The notes under the pieces were generated by a model that was not told where the DNA came from, did no database searches, and worked only from the letters and a program-made list of their open reading frames with translations. Below are positions 13,888 through 35,362 of a stretch of DNA of 64,000 nt, one piece after another (position 1 is the stretch's first letter; every line of letters starts with the position of its first letter). Source of the DNA: the human T2T-CHM13v2.0 reference genome, Homo sapiens; NCBI RefSeq assembly GCF_009914755.1, contig NC_060938.1; one strand, 5' to 3'. The position numbers and the translations under genes are program-made.

Positions 13888-16383
13888 CTGCCAAAGCAGC
13901 TTCTTAGAAGCCCTAATAGTGGGTAGAATTAGTGGTTATGTCTTTCAGTCAAGAAGAGTCTACAAACAGCTGGCAAAGTAAAAGGGGAACTCTTTCAAAT
14001 TCGTGATTTTTTAAAAAGCATCTTGGACTAGGGGAAAAGGCATGAAATTTGGAACAGGAAATGGAAATGCCAGGCTCAGTTCTGCTAATCCTGGCTACAT
14101 AGGGACATTGTCAGTGTAGCAGCCTTCAATTTCCTCACTTGAAATAAAGGATATGGATCAATGAGCCCAAAATACTACTTAATCCCTAATTTTATTAGGG
14201 AAAAAAATCACTGGGCACTTGTGGAAGAGGAGGAAGGCTGCACAGTTTTAGAAGGTCTCATTTGTCCTATGTGCAGCCCTCCCAAGACATCAGTGGGTCT
14301 TTAAGGTGCATGAGGTGGCTCTTACGTTCCTCTAATTCTTGTATAAGAAGCAGTAGATTCATTAAGCATTAGAATTGGAAGAGGTCCTAGGACTCTCAAC
14401 CAAGCTTTTCATTTTAGAGCTGAGGAGTAAAACCATTGCATAATAAGACAGACAATTTTCTGAATCTTTGGAGTGATAGTGACAAATATCTGGATCTGAT
14501 TTCACCATTTATTAGTTGTATGATTCCCAAGCTTCAATGTCTCTATTAGGCAAAATGGGAGTTTATAAGAAAGTAACAACTTTTCCCCATCCAAAGGAGA
14601 GATAGGTGTTTGACACTACCAGGTCCTAAAACGCTGTGTTTTGAAAGCAGGCATTTTTAGTACCAAATACATAACAGTTTTTCAGCTATTTATTCTTGCT
14701 CCTACTGAGAAATAAATACTGACTATAGTTTTCTTGACACAGTTTAGATACTACTGAAAATGTGTTTGTGGAGAAAATTAGAGCATTTGTATTTAGGTTC
14801 ATGCTTTGGTGAGAAAAGTGGGGGAGGGCAGGGAAAGGTTGTGTCAGACCTTGACCCATTAATATTAGCTGTACCAGAATCACTAGAGTATCTTTGAAGA
14901 TCTGGACTATTAAGCTCAATTCTGGCTTACTCAATCAGCCTCTGATAAAGTGATGAATTTCAATTGTAATGAATATCTTCTATATATGTAAGAGATTGGC
15001 TCAGGTTCACATTTAAAAAACCCAAACAATAATGTTTGTAACAAGATTGACGAGTTTTTTTCCACATAAAGGAGCTCTGTAATATTCAGGGCTGGTGCTG
15101 TAGCTTCATCATGTTACAAAGGAACTGGGGTCTTTCTAGCTTACTGTTTTTCACTCTTAATGTGTCACTCTTTTTTTTACACTTTCAAGAGACTGATAGA
15201 GATCCTTCCACTTTATACACCTTCCAGACTGAAAGAAGGAGAAAGTCAAGGGCACATGTACATGCTGGCTGAGTCAGTCTTTTCCAGAAGCTCCGCCCAA
15301 TGGCTTCTGCTTACACTCATTTGCTAGAGTGGTATTCGATGTTTCCACCTCCTCCTATCTGCAAGGGAGGCTAGAATATCAGGATTATTATCTAAGTATA
15401 TTTCTATTCACAGCAAAATTTGGGTTCTATTAGTAAAAAAAATAGGTGATGATGGACATTTTACAGACAATTAGAAGTTTCTGCCAGACCCTCAGTTTAG
15501 GACATATTAGGACTCATAATATTTTTGGTTCATAGTTATTTTTGAATTACCATATCCAATGTATTTTCAAGTTCTATTGAGTGTACCACCTACTAAGTTT
15601 TCCAGAAGACATTACAACCTCTATAACCTAATTCACCTCCACACCCAAATTTAAAATTCTCCCTAATCGCTTACTCCTCTGCCCCCAGCAAGCTTGACAG
15701 ACCCCATCACTTCTCAGTATAGTGCTTTGTACACAGTGAGGGTGACCTTTTCAGAGTGCAAATTTGACCATGTCAACCACCTGGGTCCTCACTGGTTCTT
15801 AGAGTAGAAAAAAAATTGCTTCATGTGATTTACAAAACCCTCCATGATTTAGACTCTTAATACCTCTCCAGTATCTTTCCACAATAAGCTCCTAATTTAT
15901 CTTTTTCTTCAATACTGGTCCTATCTACGTTTCTTGAATGCACTTTGTTTATCTTATATAACCCCCTCAAAGCAATTTTAGGATACATTCTTACTCTTTT
16001 TAAAAAATTATTTTCTCTTCCCTTGAGAGTAGAGCCCAGTAAATGCCTACTTGTTCTCATACGTCTGTTCAAGAGTCAGTAATAGAAGAAAGCTCAATAC
16101 GCTTTCTTAGAATTGTGGACCACTGCCTTTTTAAATGGGCAGTTTCTCCTTTTATTTCTTTATTTAATTAATAATTGTCTCTATTATTACTCTATGTGCT
16201 CCTTAAGGGCAGGGACCATTATCTGTGCTGCTCAGCCTTGAATCTGTAACACCAAAGTAACTTAAGCACTAAGATAATCAATTTTTCCTCTTCTTTCTTC
16301 CTATTAATTTATTTAATATAATATCTTTATTTTAAGCCTCCTCTAAGAGTTAAAATAATGTTGTAGTAAAAGAACACACAAGA

Positions 16384-16985
<602 letters not shown>

Positions 16986-18651
16986 GTATAGAAATTAAAT
17001 GAGAATTATTAGATCTGTGTGCTTAGGACAATGTAAAATAATGAAGGTACATTTCTAATAATCTAGATGACTAATAGAATAATCCCCTTGAATTTGATTT
17101 TTTTGTCACTTTTACCAAATTAAGGGTAAATGGGATAATAATACTCTACAAATGAAGACATTGCAGCTGTTTAAATGGTGAAAAGTTTTTGGAAAATTTT
17201 GGTTATGATATAGAACATAGCACATAGCACTACAGATGTATCACATAGTACTACAGATAGGGCACACTCCCAAGAGCCTGCATCTTTCCATTGAAAGAGG
17301 ATGTGTTGCAAACCTTCATTGTTTGTATGCATCAACGTGCAATTCAATAGACATAAAAGTAGCAGTAAATAAAAAACATTTTTTTCAGTGCTGAATTCTT
17401 GGGTGTTTCATTAAATAATAAAATTGTATAATGGTGACTGACATGAGTATTTCTAAATAGGAAAAGTGAAGAAAAAATCCTAGTAATCACTAATCACAAT
17501 AACTCAGACAATAGCACATCAAGCTCCAAATAACTTTAATCAAATCAGTTATTCAACTGTACACATCCATAGCTTTCTTTTAATAAGTCTACACTAACCG
17601 TTGAGTTTCAGTGAAAAATCATTTCTTACACTAATGTTTTAATTTGAATTTTATCGATTTTATATTTTGTTTGAAGTTTTTGTCTGATTTGGTAATTGTA
17701 TAAAACCTGTGAGCCTAAAAAGTTGATACCCAATTTTATTGTTGGGTATATGAAACACCGTAATATTAAAAAAAATGGTTAGTATGAGAGTGGCTCCTTA
17801 TAAGAAGACCTGCACCTTACTCAATTTTGAAGAACACGGAATGCACCTGCTACCAGGCCCTGGATCTACTCCTAAATGAAGCCAGTCACACCAGGGGCCT
17901 AAGACACTAGACACATCTTCCCACAGACTGTCCTTCATCAAAGATAATTTTGCCCACCAGATACAGCCATTCATTCATTTTTTCCACCAATTTTTAGGGT
18001 TTTTTTTTGAGCATTTCCTATGAGCTAAGGTTCTAGGAAAAGGGCTGCTGATAGTAATAGGATTCAACTTCTGATGCAGGAGCACTAAGTGCAGCTTGAG
18101 AAACAGGACAGAAATGATTCTAATATGATGTGATAAGGACAGAAAATATGGTGGGAAAAAGGAGAGCACTAACTCAGCTCGAGAGATGGCAGAATGTTTT
18201 CACATGGAGGTGATGCACTGGTTTTCAAAGAATGAACAGGAGTCATCCAAGTGAAAGGGAGTGGGGAGAAGGAAGGGCATTCTAAGCAGAAGTGCTCACC
18301 CCCCGGTTTTGGGGGACCAGTGGGAAATATGTCGAGAAAAAAATCTCACATTTTCTTTTTTTTATATTCTCAGGATATCCTGAGATGCCTAAAACTAAAT
18401 TAACACTTGTTGTGAACACATTAGATGCAGGGAATGGGGAGATTCAAGGGAATCATATTGCTCTGCGCCTTGAAGAAGGCGACAGGAATCACCCACACGA
18501 TGAAGTCAGCAGAGTGTTTGATGCTCCTTCCTTGAGTCCCACCCTTCACCTCGGACACCGTTTTCTTTCTGAGTCTGCAGGTTAAGCCGCACCCCAGGGT
18601 GAAAATGAACATCATTCTGAGACTCAGAGCAGGCGTCAGGGACAGAGAGGA

Positions 18652-18669
18652 GCCTCAAGAGGGCGCTGC
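18652..18669 (+). promoter_or_regulatory. CTCF-like motif in TRAV18 promoter
   Basis: GCCTCAAGAGGGCGCTGC, a strong match to the CTCF core, ~225 bp upstream of the ATG; overlapping E-box/AP-1 CACGTGAGTCA at ~18774-18784. Confidence 0.72.
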
Positions 18670-18890
18670 TGCCTTCAGCTTGTGGTTTGACACAAATTTC
18701 ATCTTTCCTTCCTTCGCACGTCTCTTTGTTCCAGCCTGTGGCCTGATCTTGTAGGGCAGTTTACTCTGCTTAACACGTGAGTCAAGATTTTGTAGAAGAT
18801 TCCGCCAAAGACTCAACAACATAAAGAAATATATATACCTTTCGGTTTGGATATCTCTCAACAAAACCTTCTACTGCTTCTCAGCCAGCC

Positions 18891-19353
18891 ATGCTGTCTG
18901 CTTCCTGCTCAGGACTTGTGATCTTGTTGATATTCAGTGAGTAATGTTTACTCAAAACTTCTGAGATGTTCTATTCCTTAGCTTTAGGATGACCTTTAAC
19001 CCCTTCCAAACTGGAGACCATGCCTCTTCTATTGCCACTATAATAAAGTCTTTCCCTTTTTTAGGAAGGACCAGTGGAGACTCGGTTACCCAGACAGAAG
19101 GCCCAGTTACCCTCCCTGAGAGGGCAGCTCTGACATTAAACTGCACTTATCAGTCCAGCTATTCAACTTTTCTATTCTGGTATGTCCAGTATCTAAACAA
19201 AGAGCCTGAGCTCCTCCTGAAAAGTTCAGAAAACCAGGAGACGGACAGCAGAGGTTTTCAGGCCAGTCCTATCAAGAGTGACAGTTCCTTCCACCTGGAG
19301 AAGCCCTCGGTGCAGCTGTCGGACTCTGCCGTGTACTACTGCGCTCTGAGAGA
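18891..19353 (+). CDS. TRAV18: T cell receptor alpha variable 18 (leader exon 18891-18936, V exon 19065-19353)
   Basis: Spliced MLSASCSGLVILLIFRRTSGDSVTQTEGPVTLPERAALTLNCTYQSSYSTFLFWYVQ...DSAVYYCALR; GT 18937, AG 19063-19064. Confidence 0.96.
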
Positions 19354-19392
19354 CAGAGTGGGAGGGACTGCAGCGAGAGCCCAGCACAAACC
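19354..19392 (+). other. Recombination signal sequence of TRAV18 (non-canonical heptamer)
   Basis: CAGAGTG (C3>G), 23-nt spacer, GCACAAACC. Confidence 0.85.
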
Positions 19393-20685
19393 CTGGGGAA
19401 CGCAGGTGGGGCCTGGGTGTGAGCCGCTTTGGGAGATGAATGAATATGGACTCTTGTTCGCTGGGACCCCAAATGGAGAAAATAATCTCATATTTCTCTG
19501 CATCAAAGAGCACAAAACAGAAATGTGGGCCCCTCACACATGGGATGTAGCTCACCACGAGAAACTTTTCCTAATATTCTGGAGTTCTGTGAGCCTTGTT
19601 TGTCCTTTGTCTCTCCTGCATGATTCTGTGAGTTTTACACATAAAAATGCAGGTTTTGCAGGGCCTGATGCTTCTTTGATTTCTGGGGCTCTCTTTAAGA
19701 AAAAGAAAATTAAATTATAAATTTAAGTTTCTAGGTTATGCGGTAGAAAGGGGCCTTAAAATCAAAGCCGAATATACTTCATAGTAAATCTGCATTTGAG
19801 GTTACATAGAGATGATCTTCTTTAAGACTGAAATATTATAATAGTCTTAGTTTGTCCTGATACTGGGAGGTTCCCTAACTCCAAGTCCTCTTTCCCACGG
19901 CAGCACTAGAATCACTTTAGCTATCATTAATATGAGTATTTTCACTTCTATCTTTAAAGAAATAACAGCTTTATTGAGATATAATTTGCATACCTTAAAC
20001 TTCATTCTTTTAAGTCTACAATTCAGTGGTTTTAGTATATTCACAGTTATCCAATCATTATTGTGATCTAATTCCAGAACATTTTCACCACCTCATAAGG
20101 AAACTCTGTGCCTACTAGCACTCACCCCCATTCTTTTCTTACCCTAGCCATAAATCAAATAAAAATATTGATTTATGAGGAATAATAACACAAAATTTTG
20201 ATGTACCCAGTCTTATTGTAAATACAGGACCTCTTATGAACCTGTATCTAGAGGGATGAAACATAAGTCCCAACATTTAAGACTGCAAAGAGTTTAATGA
20301 CTGTGATGCAGGGGACAAAAGCCAGTGGAGATTGAACTCTGCTGGTATTTTAACAGGATTTCTCTTGTTTTTGGTAATGCTTTGGTTACAAATTATATAT
20401 TTTTGGGTGTTTCCCATCCTAATCTCCACCATAATTAATATGCATGGATTGGAATAGCAAGGGGATTTTCAAGAACACACATATTGAGTTATAACAGAAA
20501 CTCCTGTCTTTGAGCAGTGAGTAGAATTTCTGGAATTTATTTTTGTTTACACACACACACAAAATATGTGTGCAAATAAACATGTAGGTATTTTTCTCTG
20601 GTGTTACTCGACATGGCAAACACTGAACAGATTTGGTGACTCAGGAGGTATGTTGTGAAATCATTTATTAACAATAAAACTATTT

Positions 20686-22842
<2,157 letters not shown>

Positions 22843-23122
22843 TGAGACTAAAAGTTTTGCCTTCCTGCTAGAAAGTGAAAACTCCGTATGGTTAGTTTGT
22901 ACCTTGATTCTATCTGGAGAAAAAGACATATGTAAGACCAAAAGGTGCATAACTGTATCATCCCATGTATTCACTATAGCTCATAATAAATTGTAAGTCT
23001 CACATTTTCCACCAAAGATGAATTAACTAACCGTGATTCAATTTTACCACTGTATATTTACAGTCCAGTAAGTTATATTGAGACAAAATTGGTACTTAGG
23101 ACAGTCTAGCATCTTCCATCTC

Positions 23123-23186
23123 TACAGGAAGTATGTGACATGACACAGTCAAACTCATCATATATCTGTTAACTATACTTCCTGTA
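23123..23186. promoter_or_regulatory. TRAV19 promoter: inverted pair of ETS sites around a CRE-like element
   Basis: TACAGGAAGTAT (23123-23134) and its exact reverse complement ATACTTCCTGTA (23175-23186), with TGACATGA between them; 120-185 bp upstream of the ATG. Confidence 0.55.
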
Positions 23187-23308
23187 AAAGGCAGAAGCCT
23201 CACACAGCCCAGTAACTTTGCTAGTACCTCTTGAGTGCAAGGTGGAGAATTAAGATCTGGATTTGAGACGGAGCACGGAACATTTCACTCAGGGGAAGAG
23301 CTATGAAC

Positions 23309-23861
23309 ATGCTGACTGCCAGCCTGTTGAGGGCAGTCATAGCCTCCATCTGTGTTGGTAAGCGTGACCACTAGCACAGGACTTAGGCTCCTGTTAGTTC
23401 AGAAGGATGTGGAGAGAGGCAGATCTTTTTAGTCTAATGAGGCTTAGAAAGAAGGGGTAAAGGGCAATGAAATCAGAGCACTAGGTCTGAAGCCACTTAA
23501 TCTATTTTATCCCCAGAGTTACAAATAAGGGATCAGTCTATTTTTTCCTCTTTTTCACAGTATCCAGCATGGCTCAGAAGGTAACTCAAGCGCAGACTGA
23601 AATTTCTGTGGTGGAGAAGGAGGATGTGACCTTGGACTGTGTGTATGAAACCCGTGATACTACTTATTACTTATTCTGGTACAAGCAACCACCAAGTGGA
23701 GAATTGGTTTTCCTTATTCGTCGGAACTCTTTTGATGAGCAAAATGAAATAAGTGGTCGGTATTCTTGGAACTTCCAGAAATCCACCAGTTCCTTCAACT
23801 TCACCATCACAGCCTCACAAGTCGTGGACTCAGCAGTATACTTCTGTGCTCTGAGTGAGGC
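23309..23861 (+). CDS. TRAV19: T cell receptor alpha variable 19 (leader exon 23309-23357, V exon 23561-23861)
   Basis: Spliced [63 protein letters not shown]...[11 protein letters not shown]; GT 23358, AG 23559-23560; additional in-frame ATG at 23303. Confidence 0.97.
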
Positions 23862-23900
23862 CACAGTGAGATGGGTGCCTGTGGGAGCCCTACAAAAACC
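23862..23900 (+). other. Recombination signal sequence of TRAV19 (perfect consensus)
   Basis: CACAGTG, 23-nt spacer, ACAAAAACC. Confidence 0.96.
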
Positions 23901-25639
23901 TCAACAAGAGGCAGGGCTCCTGGGGAGAGACTCTGTCACAGACAGGAAGAAGCAAGGAGGGTCTGTGTCAGCACAGGTGGTTTGGCAAGGAAACCTGAGT
24001 TCAATTCATGTACAATGTCTAGATATAACATTTATTAGAAGCATGTGTATCTTCTATTCTTTAGAATAGATTAAGACAGAATGTATAGCACATATTTTTA
24101 TATCACATATAGAATTATGCAACAAAAAGTGCAATAACAAAATATATTAATCTTGTGTTGGTTTTATTGAGGGTGGGAAACTATCCAATTATCTTCAGAC
24201 CAAATGGATGATTCCATTCATAAGCTGTTAAGTTTTTAGAATCACTTATACATTTATGCATTAATTACTATGTAGAATGCTTTAATCCAAGAGTAATAGA
24301 AATGCCTTTCATCGATTTTTCTTAAGAATGGTATCAGTACTCAATGAGGTAAAAAAATTAAATTTAAACTTCTTTCCATAATCATGCCAGCAACCTCTTG
24401 TATATCAGAATAGATGCGAAATGTTTCTCAAATTTCCTTTCTCTGGCTCCTCTGTTTTTGTGACATGATTATGATATTTTAAAAGTATCTAAATATTTTG
24501 CTGTCATTTAGAGGCTGCCTACTAAGAGAGATGTCTAAGGTGGAAATTTGTCCTAACGGATTGAATATCTTGCTTTCACCCTTTCCCCTTTGAGTTCTGG
24601 CCAGTTTGAAGCTGAGAAGTGGTTAGGGCCAGAATTACAGCTGCCATGGCAACCAGAACCCACATGGTGTGTCCAGTGTCTACTTCCTGTCTAAACACAT
24701 ATTTCTCCTTGGATGTTACAACAGGTGCTCAGGAACAAGGATTTTTATTTCTTTTGCTCCACACAAGTTTTTAGAAACCTGAGTTTTTAACATTAAAAGA
24801 AAACAGACATCACATTAAAAACCAGATTTCTAGCTTACCTATAAACATGGGAAGAGCTGGGAAACACTACACTCCCTGGGGTAGAAGTCAAAAGTTCTGT
24901 TTGGACACATAATGGTTTTGATGTATATGTATTTTATTTTTAAAATTTATGCAAATTTACCATTCATTTCACAGTATGAATTAATTTAAAAGTAAAAATT
25001 TAAATTATTAGTTACAAGACAAGCTAATCTGCAAGACAAACAAATCTGAATTACCATTTCATGAAACTATACCTGGTTTTCCCCCCATGATTTCATGTAT
25101 CATGGGTGTGTCCCAGCTTGAGAACCTTAAGTATAGTTTATTCTTAATTCAGGAGACATTTGTAGCTATAGTAAGCATTGGAGAAACATTAGTTAATAAG
25201 ACAGACATGGCTCCTGCCTTTATGGAGGTCATGTTCTAGGGGGCTATATCCACTATAGAATGGTAGGCAGAGGGAACTAAAGTTTTACACAAACAACCTA
25301 TGTGACCTTAAGAAAGTTATAACTCCCCTGAACATGTTCTCTCATTTGTAAAATGTAGAGATTTAATTAGGCAGTTGCTATTGAATAATATTTTCCAAAA
25401 TTTTACTAGCCTCACAAGAGCACATAGTCCACTGCCTTTTTGAGTTCCTAACACTTACTAGCTGCCCTTCTTTTTTGGGAAAGGACAATTAGTTGTTATA
25501 GACATATTCATACTGTTCCACATGTTGCATGATAATGTAACAGTAATAACAAGAAGCCAAAGGAAGCAGGCAGAGAGGAGAGTGGCTTGGGAGGTCATCT
25601 GCTTTCCATACACAGAAGCTACTGTTCTATGTAGCCGGG

Positions 25640-25790
25640 CAGCAGAGGAAGAGGGAGAGGAAGAAGGCGAGAGGGAGGGAGAGGAGAAAAGAAAGAAGGA
25701 TGAGGAGGAGAAGGAGGAAGGGGACAGGAGGAAGGCAGAATGAGGGATAGAGAAGAGATGAAGGGAGGAAGAAAGAAGGAGGAAAGCACA
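25640..25790 (+). repeat. GA-rich low-complexity purine tract
   Basis: Nearly pure G/A run (gaggaagagggagaggaagaagg...). Confidence 0.8.
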
Positions 25791-27550
25791 GAACAGGTAC
25801 TAATTCGAAAGTAAATATGTTTATTTGAATTCGAAGTTTTTGTTTCTTTCACAAGGCATTAGACACACTTTCTTTCCTCAGCATGAGAGAATGAGAAAAA
25901 TTAGAAGATTCCTATTTGACAAGCATGAGGTCACACTGAACTTGGACTAGCTGGCTGAAACTCCAGAGGACACAGCTCCTCCAGTTAAGCTCTAAGGCAG
26001 GTTGAGAGACAGATTTTCTAGTAATTCTGGTTGTCCCTTGTAAAATTAATATAATTCATCTGTTCCTAAAGGAACTAAGAACATTGTAACTGGGAAAGGT
26101 TCCTTCAATATTAGAGTTCTCTCTAGAGCTAAGTAGCAAATGCAAATGCTCATAGGTGCCTAGAGTAGAATGAAATGAGTGTGGTTGTCCAAGTGTTTAA
26201 AAAGGTACAGGCCTGATAATGTGTCACTAGGCACTGGGCCTTGGCATCAGATGATAAACAAAAATGATGCAGTAAACCCTCCCATTCTTCTCCTAAGCAG
26301 AGTGGGTGTCCTGAAAGGTTATCCAGAGATTGAAGCTGCGTTGTTTGTTCCTGAGTCCTGTCAAAGTCAGGCTACAAGCTGTTAGATGTAGACAGGCCAT
26401 TTCACAAGAGCTTTTATACAGGAAGCTTCTGGATGAGGGGCTGGGGAGATGAAGCCATCACAGTCTGCAAGGCAGCTGAGGCTTATTCCAGCCTCTGTGA
26501 ATAAAGTCAATGATAATGACCATTAGGCTCCAGCCCCTGCTATTTCCTAATGATCCTTATCAGGGAACCTCTTCAGGTGTTCCCTGAAATTAGTCACCCT
26601 CATACCCCACATCTCAGAGCCTATGATCTTGCATACGATGGATGTCTTCACTGCAGAATTGTTCCAGTATCCCTGGGCTAAAGTTTGACTGAGTTCAAAT
26701 AAAGCATATCACACACAGAGAGAGCTGGTTAAGCTAATGAGCTGTCCAGGGTTATGTAATCACTTGGCTTACATAACTTCTGGACATGATCCATTGTCAT
26801 AAGCATTTTTTTTTAAAAGAATGAAAGCATATATTAGGCACATATTATGTGTGATACAAAGAATCTCTGAACCTTACTTCTTATCCCTCTTTATTACATG
26901 TAGTAGTTGCCTTCTCCATGACCCCTAGTACAACCTGCTTACCATCTACATCCTTTGTGTGTTTGCCCTCATTTCCATCTTCTACGACACAATAAGACAC
27001 AAGTTCAACAGCTCAGTGCTGTTCCAACCCCAGATGGTAGCATTAGGAGCCTTTCCACCTGATTTCATAATTAAAGTTTCCTTTTCTTTGGAAAAGAGGA
27101 AATTTCCCCATCAGAATTGGACACCCTTGGGAGTGAACAGTAAATTGTCAAATATGTACTCTCCCAGAAGTAGAGTGGAATTCTTGATGTTTCCCACCAT
27201 CGTTATTACACAAACTCCAGTCTCTTTCAGAATTTCCAAACAGAGGGAAAAACTAGGTGGACTTGAAATAGTAACTCAATCCAACAGATTTCCCACATTA
27301 GTGAAAAATAGCTTTGTTTTCTGTTCACTGTATTAAACAAAATACTGCCCTCTAGACCCAATCGCCAATTTATAGTAAGTACAAAGGACAGCAGAACATA
27401 TTAAACCCATCACAAATATACAGTAAGCAAAATCTATAGTGTGAAAAACTCTGCAAGACAAACACCCTGGGTCTTTTTTTCTTCCCACAATAAACTACAA
27501 AGAATGAGTAAGGGGATCTATGGATTAGAAGAGCCTTTAAAAAACATATC

Positions 27551-32540
<4,990 letters not shown>

Positions 32541-34429
32541 AAAACATGTCCACAAATCACAATATGTGACTCTTAGGTGAATTCTGAATCAGATAAGCTG
32601 TAAAATAATTGAAAATGTAAACACATTTACCAATTTGGTTGTGTTTTAAAAAAGTCAAAATTTAGTGATAGTACTAAAATAAGCAAAAGCAAAATAATAT
32701 GATATTTTACAAATATATGAATGGCTTTAAAAAAATAAATGAATGAGTAAATGTAGTTGGGGCATAAATAAAACAAGATTGACCAAGAATCAATATTTGA
32801 TGAACATGGGTGATGGGTACATGGGGTTTCATTGTTCCATACTGTATACTTTTCTATATGTTTGAGAAATTTTCTTTAAAAAAATTAAAAATAGAAATTG
32901 GCTAGATTCAAATCCTGTCATCTCCATTGCAGCATGACTTTTGATTCTTTAACCTGTTGATGTCTCAGTTTCCTCATCCATTAAATGGTGATAATAGAAT
33001 TTACCTCGCGAAGTCGAGTTGAGAATTAAAATTATACATATTTACATACACCTATATGTTTAAATTAAACTATACATGATTTTATACAGACAGTTTTCGC
33101 ACGGTACATAGCATGGCATGTCGACGCAGTAGAGACTCAATCTGTGACAGCCAATGTTAATGGAAAGGGTGGAATTTGTTCAGGGCCTAAATCAGATTTT
33201 CAATCATGTGCTAGTTTCATAACACCACACTGCTCCTTGACACGTTTTTCAAAGGAAAGAGCCAAAACTCATTGATAAGGAAAGGACATCTTGGCACTGC
33301 TTGAAAATCACCCCAACAGGTCCCTAAATCCCCATTTGCAGCTCCAGTAAATATCCCCATTTGCAGCTGCTCCCCCACCAGTACCTACCCTGCTGCTAAG
33401 GCCCAGGCCCTGTCAGAGAAGCAGCACATGACGGATGTTTAACATAAAAGTGTTTTCAGGGGGCAGGCAGGGCTGCTTTAATTCCCCTAACTAGGTAATT
33501 TAAGGTATATTTTCTCATATTTGCCAACAGACCAAAGAAGAAATGCTCTAAGATGTAATCAATATTCACATCAGCCTTCAAACCAATTTGATTTCAGTCT
33601 TTCACACTGTTGAAATAAACAACCCTGTGAAGTCCCACACATCAAGATAAAAGCCAACAAAGAAATGGCATTTTTCCCTTGAGCAACTATACACCTAAAA
33701 GATGACTTGTGAAGCAATAAATATAGGTTATGGAGATTTTCCCCTCTTACTCTAAGAGTACATAAACACTTTAAAATGTATTTGAGATATTATTGATTGC
33801 TGAATTAATATATTTTGTAAGATGAGGTAATTATTGACAAAGAAGATATTCTCATCCTGTATTCAGTTTAAATGCAAGCTGTCATACAAAAAAGAGATTT
33901 AAGAGGAGATTTATAACCTGCTCCAGGAAGCTAGGAGAAGGTTTCATCCACCCCCAAAGCGCAGACACCTCCTCACTCTTCTGCTTGTTCACAGTAATAT
34001 GGATGCCACTGTGTCTGGTCACAGATCTATGTCTCTGCTTAAATTGTCCCCATTGCACAAAATGTCCTTTCTCCATCTCCACAGACTAAACTTCTGTCTC
34101 AACCTCCTATGACTGTACTTTTGGAAAGGAAAGTGGGGAACACAGTAGGTGAGAAAAGACATCTGTTTTGCTGGTTGATAATCTAGAAGATGTGGTCTAG
34201 ACATTGAATTATTCTCATTTCATAATTTATAAGAACAACTATTAAAATGCCCAGTGGTCCTGGATAATGTATAGTCACCATTCTTATCTTACAAGACATA
34301 GCTGTCCTGATGTAAAGATACAACGTGTGTAATCTTTCCTTCTCTAAACTTCTCAATCACTCTTTAATCTTTGTTGCTACTTACCACTTGATATGTTGCA
34401 TTTTGTTTCTGAAAATTCATGTCTATAAC

Positions 34430-35110
34430 TATACCATGATCAGAATGGCTAAAGTGAAAAAGACTACACTAAATATTGACAAGAACATGGAGCAACAGAA
34501 ATTCACATATTCGGCTGGAAGGAATGTCAACTGGTACAATTTCAAAAACATTTGGCAATATTTACTATAGCTGAACATGTGCATTCCCTGTGATGCAGAA
34601 ATTCAATTTCTACCTATATGCCCAATAAGAAGTTACATATATTCATTTGTAAAACATGTACAAGAATAAGAACATGTATTACATCAGTGATTATAATATC
34701 CTAAAACTGGAAAGCAACTCAGATGCACATAGCAGTTTCAAAGATAAATAAAGTACGATAATGAAATACTACCCAGCAATGAGAATGAATAAACTTGCCA
34801 TATGCTCAAGGCAGATTGAATCACACAAATATTACTGAGTGAAAAATGAAAGCAAAAGAAATTCAAGAAAAGGCAAGACTAAGCTATGAAGTTGTAAGTC
34901 AGGAGAGTGAAGATAGGGGCTATCTTTACAAGGAGATAGTGACTCAGAAAGAGTACAAGGGAGGCTTCTGGATGCTGGCAATGCTGTTTCTCAATTTGGG
35001 TGCTGGTTACATAGGCGATTTCACTGCCTATGTATGAAAATTCACCAAGCTCTACATTTAAGTTTTGTGCACTATTCTGAATCTATATTATACTTTAAAA
35101 GTTTTTAAAA
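34430..35110 (+). mobile_element. Old L1 (L1ME-like) 3' fragment
   Basis: cagaatggctaaagtgaaaaagact..., cctaaaactggaaagcaactcagatg..., tgggtgctggttaca; degenerate L1 3' end. Confidence 0.65.
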
Positions 35111-35362
35111 GAAACCTTATCCATCCCATTGACTAAATTTTGAGAACATACTTCTTATTCAATCCATCTTCATAGCCCCACTGCCCTTCACATTAGCCTT
35201 CATTTAAAACATGCTTCATAATTGTTTTCTCAATAAAGGACTGAGCTACATGTTTAAAAAGATGCTCCGGTCCCAGGTCCTAGGATCTAGTATGTTATCA
35301 GATGGACTTGAACTTCCCTGTGTAGCTTGCTAATTACTGCTTTGAGTTTAGACCTTTGGTAT

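Noticed and set aside
17221-17257. Two-copy 21-bp repeat CACATAG(C/T)ACTACAGAT
   Set aside because: Only two copies with no spacer structure; an ordinary slippage duplication, not CRISPR-like.
18989-19720. 243-aa ORF spanning TRAV18
   Set aside because: It starts in the intron and reads through the RSS; it is the V exon plus fortuitously open flanks, not a separate protein. The same applies to the extended ORFs at the other V genes.
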